Assembly (NCBI RefSeq): GCF_018350175.1
Contig: NC_058369.1
Coordinates: forward strand, 7,876,001 to 7,936,000
Reading direction: 5' to 3'
Source of the DNA: Felis catus
Taxonomy: Eukaryota
Length of the DNA stretch: 60,000 bases
The notes below the pieces were generated by a model. That model made no database searches. It saw nothing but the letters and a program-made list of their open reading frames with translations, and was not told the DNA's origin. Shown piece after piece: positions 50,685 through 60,000 of the stretch (its first letter is position 1; each line of letters opens with the position of its first letter). The translations under genes and the position numbers were made by a program.

Positions 50685-53600
50685 TTTTTAAATGTTTATT
50701 TTTGAGAGAGGGTGCGCGCACAAGCCGGAGAGGGGCAGAGAGAGAGGGAGATAGAGAATCCGAAGCCAGCATCCGAGCTGTCAGCGCAGAGCCCGATGTG
50801 GGGCTCGAACTCACGAACCGTGAGATCATGACCTGAGCCGAAGCCGGACACTCAACCGACGAAGCCACCCAGGCGCCCCTAACACAGTCCCTTCTGACCC
50901 CCACCCACCTAGAGAATAGGAGGACCACAGCAGGGTTCTCTTTCTGCCCTCTCCACCCCCTTCAGACCAATCCTGAGGCGTGAATGTGGCTGCAGGGGGT
51001 GCAAACTGACAGCTTTCCCATGGCTGGAGACCAGAGCAGTCATGGTTTGGGGGGATCTCAACATGGAGGCTCGAGGACCACCTCTGTCCCACAACCACAC
51101 TCTCGTTTTGCCTAGCGGAGAGGCTTCCCAAACAACTGTCTAAACAGTTTGTGCCTTCGTTGGCAAATCTGTTGGTCACAGGGGTCCAGGTTAACAATCC
51201 CAGAACTGTTTATGTGCTAGGGTTGAACATATAAGTTCATATTGTAGATATGGACAGCCAGGTTTCATGCTGCTGCAGAAGGAAGTTACAAATGAGCAAT
51301 GTGGCTCAGTTCATGGAGCGTAAGACTCTTGATTGCAGGGTTGTGGGTTTGAGCCCCACCTTGGGTGTAGCGATCACTTGAAAATAAAAATCTAAAAAAA
51401 ACAAAAACAAAAACAAACAAACAAAAAACCAAGCAATGTGGTGCTGGGCTGAGGTTAGGTTAACAGTATGACATGTTTATTTTAATAGGTAGATATAAAA
51501 ATAAATATCAATGTGTGTATCCATGGGTTAGTACACATATTTCCTAGATCTGTCTGCTGAAGGTTCAGAAGCATTGACATTCTAGAAAAACCACGAGTAC
51601 ACTCAACACCCAGGTCTTGATTTCTTACAAAAGAAATTTATTGGGGTGCCTGGGTGGCTCAGTCTGACTCTTGACTTCAGCTCAGGTCATGATCTCACGG
51701 TTTGTGGGTTTGAGCCCTACCCAGGTGCCCCTTAAGGCTTTTTTTTTTCTTTTAATGTTTATTTATTTTTGAGAGAGAGAGCGTGAGCAGGAGGGGAGCA
51801 GAGAGAGGGAGACAGAGAATCCCAAGCAGGTTCCATGCTGTCGGCCCAATATGGAGCTTGAACTTGGGAAAGGCGAGATGGTGACCTGAGCTGAAGTTGG
51901 ACGCTCAACCAACTGAGCCGCCCAGGCGCCCCTGCATTCGTGTAGTTCTTATGAAAGGTTCTAAAAGGTCCCCAGAAGAGACTTTCAATTGGTGGGGAAA
52001 GGGAGGAGAAGGGAGCTTGGTGGTGGGGCCTCACCTTGTGCCAAGATGGTGGGCAGGACTTGGGCAGAGCCACACGTCTCTCTCCTCACCTGCTCACCCC
52101 AGGCCTGGCGAACTGCCCAGGGGAAAAGCTGACCTCATCCTCTTTTGGCATGTGGCCCCAGCTATAGCTTGGGTTAAATTCAGGCCAAGGACTCTAAAGT
52201 GGTTAATGAGGGTTGGGATCCAAGTCCCCAGGAGACAGAGGAGGCAGGCCCCGATCTTTCCCCTCCAGGCAGTCCCCCTAGGTGCCCTAACTCCTTGCAA
52301 CTCTCACTTCCCAAGCCCTAGGCTTGGAAACTGGGAGTCAGCACCTCCTCTTTCTTGCCCCCTCACACTTAGACATTCATTTTACAGGCTAGGCAGGAGG
52401 GAAGGGGGAAAGAACAGCTGGGCAGAGGGAGTCAATCAGCACATGCAAAGGCCCGGGGGGCTGCAAAGAGTGTGGTGGGTAAAAGAAACTAGAATCAGTC
52501 AGTTGGTTAGGAGCTTGGCTTAGGAGGAGGAAAGTACAGGGAAGGTGGGGGTGGGTTGGGGGTGAGAGAAGGGTCAGGTCTGGTGGCCTGAAATGCCAAG
52601 CCTCTGCTATCTGACCACCACCTCACTATATAACTTGCCAAACCTCTCCCTGATCTGTTTCTGCATCTGTAAAAGGGAGCCTTTCTCACCGTGATCTTGT
52701 GAATACGAATGCAGTCATTGGTGCAAAGTGTTAACACCTCACCTGACAGAGCAAACCACTCTGTAAATGTCAAATATAATGTTTTAACAGCTTTGTTGAG
52801 ATGCTAATTTGCATGCCGAACAATTCACCCATTTAAAGTGTATATTTCTCTGCTTCGTAGCGTACCATAGAGTGTATAAGTACAACCACAACGAATTTTA
52901 TTTTGTTTTATTTTTAATTTATTTTTTAAAGTTTATTTCTTTTTTTTTTAATGTGTATTTATTTATTTTTTTGAGACAGAGAGAGACAGAGCATGAACGG
53001 GGGAGGGTCAGAGAGAGAGGGAGACACAGAATCCAAAACAGGCTCCAGGCTCTGAGCTGTCGGCACAGAGCCTGACGCGGGGCTCGAACTCACGGACCGT
53101 GAGATCCTGACCTGAGCCGAAGTCGGACGCTCAACTGACTGAGCCACCCAGGCGCCCCTAAAGTTTATTTATTTTGAGAGAGAGAGAAAGGGAGAGAGCA
53201 CATGGGTGAGGGGCAGAGAGAGAGGGAGAGAGAATCCCAAACAGGCTCTGCACCATCAGCACCAAGCCCCGCACGGGGTTCAGTCCCATGAACCCGTGAC
53301 ATCATGACCCGAACCGAAATCGAGAGCTGGACGCTTAACCTACTGAGCCACCCAGGCAGCCCTAGAACCAATTTTAGAATAATTTATCACTCAAAAAGGA
53401 AACTCCAGGGGCGCCTGGGTGGCTAGTCAGTTGAGCTTCTGACTTCAGCTCAGGTCACGATCTCACAGTTCGTGGGTTCGAGCCCTGCGTCAGGCTCTGT
53501 GCCGACAGCTCGGAGCCTGGAGCCTGTTTCGGTTTCTGTGTCTCCCTCTCTCTCTGCCCCTCCCTCGCTTGTGCTCTGTCTCTCACTGTCTCAAAAATAA

Positions 53601-53836
53601 ACTTAAAAAAATTAAAAAAAAAAGGAAACTCCATACACATTGCCAATATTCTCATTTCTCCCCTCCTCCCCTCCCCTGGAAACCACTAATCTACTCTCTA
53701 TCTCCAAGGATTTGTCTCTTCTTGGCATTTCATATGCATGGAGTCATACACTATTTGATATTTTGTGTCTGGCTGCTTCTTTCACTCAGCATAACGTTTT
53801 TTGCTTCTTTATTTTTATTTTTTTAAATGTGTTTAT

Positions 53837-53876
<40 letters not shown>

Positions 53877-54889
53877 CAAACAGGGGAGGGGCGTAGAGGA
53901 GAGACAGAGCCCCAACATGCTCTTTGCCATCAGTGCACAGCCCGATGCAGGGCTCAAACTCACAAACTGTGAGATCACGATCTGAGCCGAGATCAAGAGC
54001 TGTTCACCTACCCAACTGCACCACCCAGGCGCCCCACGTTTTTGAGTTTCATCCATGTCGTGGCATGAATCAGTACATCATCCCTTTTTATGGCTGAATA
54101 GGATGTCATTGTATAGCTACGCAATATTTTTTCTGTTCGACTCATGGAACTTGGGTTATTTCTGCCTTTTTGGCTAGCTAGGAAAAAAATGCTACGAATC
54201 TTCGTGTATAGGCTTTTTGTGTGGATATATATTTTTATTTCTCCTGCAAGGGACAGAGTGCAAGCAGTGGAGAGGCAGACAGAGGGAGACACAGAATCCG
54301 AAGCAGACTTCAGGCCCCGAGCTGTCAGCACAGAGCCCGACATGGGGCTCGAACTCACAAACTGAGAGATCATGACCTGAGCAGAAGCCGAGAGCTGGAT
54401 GCTCAACGGACCGAGCCACCCAGGCACCCCTTTTTTGTTACTATTTTTAATGATCGTTGTTCACCCTGCAGTCCACCTTTCCTCCGGTCCTCCTGCTCAC
54501 AACCCTCCATTCCTCCTTGGTGCTCTTTCAAGAAAGTTCAAAGAGTCCTGGCCTTTGGCATCTGGCTCTTTCCCCTTTACCCCACAGCATAGTTCTTGCC
54601 TCTGAATCTCCAAATCTCCCAACTTCTCCTCACGGTCAAACAGAGGCAGGCTTTGGGGTCAGACAGGCAGGGGCTGGAATCCTGGCTCTGATGATCTTGG
54701 GTGGATGGATTCACCTCTGTGAGCCTCAATTTGCTCGTCAGTTAAATGGGCATCAGATTATTCCCTCTCTCATAGGGTTCAACAAAACAGTTCATGTCAA
54801 CTCTTTTTTTTATATATAATTTTTTAATGTTTATTTATTTATTTTGAGAGAGAGAGAGTCATTGTGAGTAGGGGAGGGAGGGAGGGAGG

Positions 54890-54941
<52 letters not shown>

Positions 54942-55070
54942 CCCAAGCAGGCTTCACGCTGCCAATGCGGAGCCTGACACAGTCCCAACCCACGAAACCG
55001 CGAGATCACGACCTGAGCCGAAACCCAGAGTCAGACAGACGCCCAACAGATCGAGCCACCTAGGCGCCCC
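50685..55070. mobile_element. SINE-dense tract (about 10 CAN SINEs) inserted among old L1/MIR remnants
   Basis: Repeated SINE heads and tails, (GA)n at 53840-53872 and 54895-54938; L1-like - strand 3' sequence at 52780-54230. Confidence 0.8.
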
Positions 55071-55119
55071 AAGTTCATGTCAACTCTTTAGTGCAATGTC
55101 TAACATTGAGTAGGGGCTA

Positions 55120-55570
55120 TATTTATCAGGATGTGGTTAGTTGGAAGTTCCAGGAAAAACAAACAAACAAACAAAACTGAGTTCCACTAAAAAACAGCTC
55201 ATATTCGTGTGAGGAAAAGGAAGGAAATGAATAGGCTGCTGTAACTGAAAATCTAGGGGTCTAGGAGTTGCAGTGACTTTAGGCGGAGCTGGATCAAGAA
55301 GCTCCAGGGTCCGTCGGAATCTAACTTCCTGTCTCTTGGCTCAACTAGGCTTTCATCTCATCAGGCTCCTCTTTGGGTGGCAGAGAAGCTGTCGGGCACC
55401 CTGGACCCATTATTTCCACACGGCAGCCCCTTGGAAAGGGACATCTCTCCTCATTGGTCCAGCTAGGATCACATGACACAACCAAACCAATCACCAGGCC
55501 TAGGGGATGGACTGCTCTGATTGGCCAGGTTGGAGGGGCGGAGTCATCCCAGATTTGTATGGGCACCTCC
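55120..55570. mobile_element. Old MLT1-type LTR relic
   Basis: ctcattggtc...ggatcacatg...ccaatcac...ctctgattggccagg pattern typical of old MLT1 LTRs. Confidence 0.55.
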
Positions 55571-56547
55571 ATTTAAGCCACTGAGAGTCCTCAAGCCTTG
55601 GTACGTTGGTTTCAGGCATCCGAGATGCCAAGGCCCCCGAGCGTCAGAAAGCTCAGGAGTTACATTTGTGGAGTTCAGTTTATTCCAGTGGAGTCTGAGA
55701 TGCCTCCCGGCCATCACGTGGTGCCCTGAGTCATCAACTGGATCCGAGACACGCATTCACCTGGTGTCTCGGTGGCTCACATTCTTTTTATTGCTTTTTA
55801 TGGAAATGTAATTTCATTTCCCTTTGAAGGATACAATTGGAAAGTGTAATTATTGTGATGTATAATTAATCCATCTGGAGATAATTACCTATTTCTTTCT
55901 TGCTTTTTTTTTTTTTTTTTCTTCCTTCTTGGATGTTCTGGCAATACACCTCAATTCAGCTTTCCAAATGATCGCGTCTTCCAGATAATGTATCTATAGG
56001 TAGAATTCTGTTTTCTTCCTGGGTTCTTTGTGCTGGAGAATTTCTCCTGCCCCTGTCCCAGGAATTATCTTCATGTCCTATATTGGGACACCCGTTTCCT
56101 CACTCTTGTGTCTTCCTTTTTTTCTTGGTTTGCCCCCTTGGTTTTGGTGGAGTGCATCCTGCAATAATTTTCTAAGACTATAAGAACGTGGGAGATAACA
56201 TTTTTGAACCCTTCCGGGTTTTGAAATGTCTTTACTGGCTCCTCACACTTGATCACTGTTTTGGCTGGAAATAGTGGTCTGGGTAAAAAATCCTTCTCTA
56301 TCAGAATCTTGGAGCTGTAGACCTACTGTCTCTTCATTTCCGGTGTCTTTGAATTTGCTATTTGTGCTGGGGAATGCATTTCCTTCCTTTCTTTTTTCTG
56401 GCTAATTCCTCCACATCCTTTACATCCCATGATGGACTTTTGTAGGGTAAACCAATAACAATTGACTGAGAACGTCCATTCAATTCAGTGACTGCATTGA
56501 CTAATTTTGGCCACTGAAATGCAAGTGGAAATGAAATACATCACTTC

Positions 56548-57720
56548 CGGGGAGCCTGGATGGCTCAGTCGGCTAAGCGTCAGACTTTGGCTCCGGTCAT
56601 GATCTCATAATCTGTGAGTTCGAGTTCCGCATCAGGCTCTGTGCTGACAATTCAGAGTCTGGATCTGCTTCAGGTTGTGTCTCCCTCTCTCTGCCCCTCC
56701 CCTGCTCATGCTCTGCCCGCCCCCCCCCCTCCAAATAAAATAAAACATTAAAAAAAATTTTAGGGGCACCTGGATGGCTCAAGTCAGTTAATCGTCTGAC
56801 TTTGGCTCAGGTCATGATCTCACAGTTCGTGAGTTCAAGCCCCACATGTGGCTCTGCACTGAAAGCTTGGAGCCTGAAGCCTGCTTCAGATTCTGTGTCT
56901 CCCTCTGTCTCTCTGTTCCTCCACTGCTTGCTCTCTCTCTCTCTCTCTCTCAAAAATAAACATTAAAAAATAATAATAGGGGCGCCTGGGTGGCTCAGTA
57001 GGTTAAGCATCTGACTTTAACTCAGGTCATGGGCTCACGGTTAGTGGGTTCGAGCCCCATGTCAGGCTCTGTGCTGACAGCTCAGAGCCTGGAGCCTGTT
57101 TCGGATTCTGTGTCTCCCTCTGTCTCTGTCCCTCCCCTGCTCATGCTCTGTCTCTGTCTCTTGAAAACAAATAAATGTTAAATTTTTTTTTTTTTAAATA
57201 ATAATAAAGGGGCACCTGGGTGGCTCAGTCGGTTGAGCAGCCGACTTTGGCTCAGGTCGTGATCTCCTAGTTCATGAGTTTGAGCCCCGCATCAGGCTCT
57301 ATGCCGACAGCTCAGAGCCTAGAACCTGCTTAGGATTCTGTGTCTCCCTGTCTCTCTGCCCCTCCCCCCGCTCACACTCTGTCTCTCTCTGTCTCAAAAA
57401 AATAAGTTAACATTAAAAAAAATTTTTTTAATAATAAAATAAAGTAAAATAAAACAAAATAAAATAAAATTTAAGGGGTTCATGGGCGGCTCAGTCAGTT
57501 AAGTGTCAGAGTCTTGACTTCGGCTCAGGTCACGATCGCATGGTTGGTGAGTTTGAGTTCCACGTAGGGCTCTGAGCTGACAGCGTGGAGCCTGCCTGAG
57601 ATTCTGTTTCCCTCTCTCTCTCTACCCCTGTCTCGCTTGCTCTCTCTCTCTCTGTCTCAAAATAAAAATAAACTAAATATATATATATTTAAAAATTGTC
57701 TTAAAAATAAAAAATAAATA
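56548..57720 (+). mobile_element. Five head-to-tail CAN SINEs
   Basis: Heads at about 56548, 56763, 56978, 57208 and 57475, each following the previous A-tail. Confidence 0.9.
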
Positions 57721-59594
57721 AATGAAATACGTTGGTCACTGCTGACCAGCGGCCTTGGAAAGCCCCCCGCCCCCCACTTCTCCAGTCTCCCTCTTGTCCC
57801 TGTAGCAGCTGAGGCAGTGAGTTCAACATGGTGCGGCCACAGGATGGTGGGTGCCTCCTCAGCTCGAGTCCCTGCATGACCATGCGGAGCCGAGCCCCTG
57901 CCAGCTGATATAGAATGAGTAACACGAGGGAGAGATAAACTTTGGTTTCCTTAAACTACTGTGCTTTGGACTTCTTTGTTACTGCAACGAAACTTGACCT
58001 ATACTAATATAAAGCCCGACTTAAATGTGTCTTCCTCAGAGAGGTCCTCCCGGATCATAGCCCCTAAACCAGATAACTAGATCACTTCCTTTCCCAGATT
58101 GTAAACTTGTATTTTCCTATGTGACCCTTACTGCAATCATAACTGTGAAATTCTTTGCGCAATGAGTTCATCACCAATCTCCCGCATCCCACCTCCGAGA
58201 CCCCGGGACAGAGCCTGGCCCGTAGTAGATGTTTGGGATACATTTGTTGAATGAAAGAAGAATGTTACCTCCTTTCAGCCGAAAAGGCAGCAACGAGGAG
58301 AGCTTTCTAGAACATTTTCTCACACAACTCCGGACAGTAGCAGTGGCGTGAGAGGCAGCACAGGAAGCACGGCACAGCACAAGGAAGCAGGGATGTTTGA
58401 CAAAGGAGAGTGATCTATGGTGAGAAAGCATCTATCCGCAGATTTAGTTTTCTTCAAGAGTGTGTAATTTATTCTAGCAACTGCTCAGCCTGGGAGGGAT
58501 TTCCGGGGCATGATGTATTTCATGAAGGGGCGTGGGAACGGGGTGGAGAGGCACGGAGGCATCCTTGGAATTGCTGAGAGACCCACGATAAGAGTCATGC
58601 ACTGACCCCAAAATACAGTCACCAGAAGACAATCCTACCTTACTGAATTCCACTCAGGGGCCATCTTGTGCCCTAACGTGACCATACTGATTTGTTCCTT
58701 CGACTTTACTGAGATGTCAGTGACATACAACACACGGCATGTAAGTTACATGTTCCTCTTCCCCCGCGTCTTCTCCAGCACTGGGTCTGGGCAGTCTCTT
58801 TCATTTGCACCCTTCTGATGGGTTTGTAGTGTTATCTGGCTGTCATGTTGTTTTGCGTTTACCTAATGGCCAATGACATTGAGATGCTTCTGTGTGCCTA
58901 TTGGCATCCATTTATCTGCTTTTGTGAAGAGCCTGTTGAAATCTTTTGCCAGTGTATTTATTGGGCTGCTTTCTAAATTGTCAATGCCTGGGGACTATGA
59001 AGATTATCCCTGGGGATAATCTGTATGACCTCTATTCCCAAGAGCCTCTATTTCCTCATCTGCAAAAGGGGGATAATAAATGTACCTGCTTCATAGGGTA
59101 GCGCTGAGTGTTAAGTGAGTTAAGACAGGTAAAGTCAGTAGGCAATTGATCTGGAACCTTGGAGAAGCCAGCTCTGCAGACTCAGAAACAGCTGGGAGGA
59201 GGCTTTGAGGATGGCTAAGTTCTGTGATCGTTTAGTCGTTCAACAAACAGTTACTGCGAATCAGTCGTGTCCCAACTCTAGAGACACGAGGGAGTGGGGT
59301 TGTCTGGTTTTCTCTCGTTGTCCTTGCTAGCTCTGGGGGCAGGCACGTGGCGAGGGATGATGGATATTCTTGAAAGAAGAGTCAGGACAGTCATAGCTCC
59401 TGTCTCCGGGGGGCTTTTGCTCTCACAGGGCACCAGAATTAATGAGCAATGACGCAGCCAATGAGGAATGATTACAGTTGTGGTCAAGGGGGGACTGAGA
59501 ACACATAAAGGGCCCTAGACCAGTGGAGGTGAGGACAGGCCTCAGAACAGATGATGTGCAAACTGAGGCCTGAAGGGGAGAGGTACCAACAGGC

Positions 59595-59880
59595 TGTATT
59601 AGTTTCCCACGGCCACTGTAATAAATAACAAACAGTGTGGCTTGAAATGGAAATGGCTCCTCCCACAGTTCTGGGAGCTAGGAGTTCAAAGCCAAGGTGT
59701 CAGCAGGGCCTTGCTCTCTCAGAAGGCCCCAGGGGAGAGGAGAGACTCGTTCCTTGCCTCTTCCCTAGCATCTGGCTGTTGCTGGCATTGTTTGGTTTGT
59801 AGGTGAATAACTCCAATGGCCGCCTCTATGGTCACATGACCTTCTTCCTGGTGTCTATGTCTCTCTGTCTCATCATCTTC
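59595..59880 (-). mobile_element. MLT1-type LTR, followed by a SINE running off the window end
   Basis: tgtattagtttcc...cacagttctgggagctaggagttcaaagccaaggtgtcagcaggg. Confidence 0.75.
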
Positions 59881-60000
59881 TTTTTTTCAACGTGTATTTA
59901 TTTTTGAGAGGGAGAGGGAGACAGAGAATCCGAAGCAGGCTCCATGCTATCAGCGCAAAGCCCAACATGGGGCTCAAACCCATAAACCGTGAGATCGCGA

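Noticed and set aside
48500..51100. Scattered T-box, RUNX and ETS-like words upstream of S1PR5
   Set aside because: Short motifs at chance frequency; an enhancer cannot be delimited from sequence alone.
55440..55575. Triple CCAAT + GC box + TTTAA resembling a promoter
   Set aside because: The motif order matches an old MLT1 LTR relic; exaptation is possible but unsupported.

Overview
Mammalian genomic DNA, most likely a felid, judged from the dense carnivore CAN/SINEC-type SINEs and L1 tails. It covers the PDE4A-KEAP1-S1PR5 gene cluster. On the + strand are the 14 downstream shared coding exons of PDE4A (430-14877; the long-form first exons lie outside the window), the PDE4A1-specific first exon (4793-4858) and a 3'UTR of about 1.9 kb. 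On the - strand are the complete KEAP1 gene (5 coding exons, 624 aa, two or three alternative non-coding first exons in a CpG island) and S1PR5 (single 398-aa coding exon plus a non-coding first exon). The rest is SINE, L1, MER, MLT and microsatellite sequence. The most notable unexplained items are: (1) a KEAP1 first exon that begins at a perfect ARE and carries three upstream AUGs, two opening an out-of-frame uORF that overlaps the main start; (2) an orphan promoter with a splice donor at about 21.5 kb, followed by a degenerate ~30-bp tandem array; (3) a second orphan promoter-like exon at about 29.3 kb on the - strand; (4) a hidden ~20-bp degenerate array plus a CCAAT/octamer cluster inside a PDE4A intron. 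Comparisons with human sequences are from memory and need checking. Repeat boundaries are approximate.
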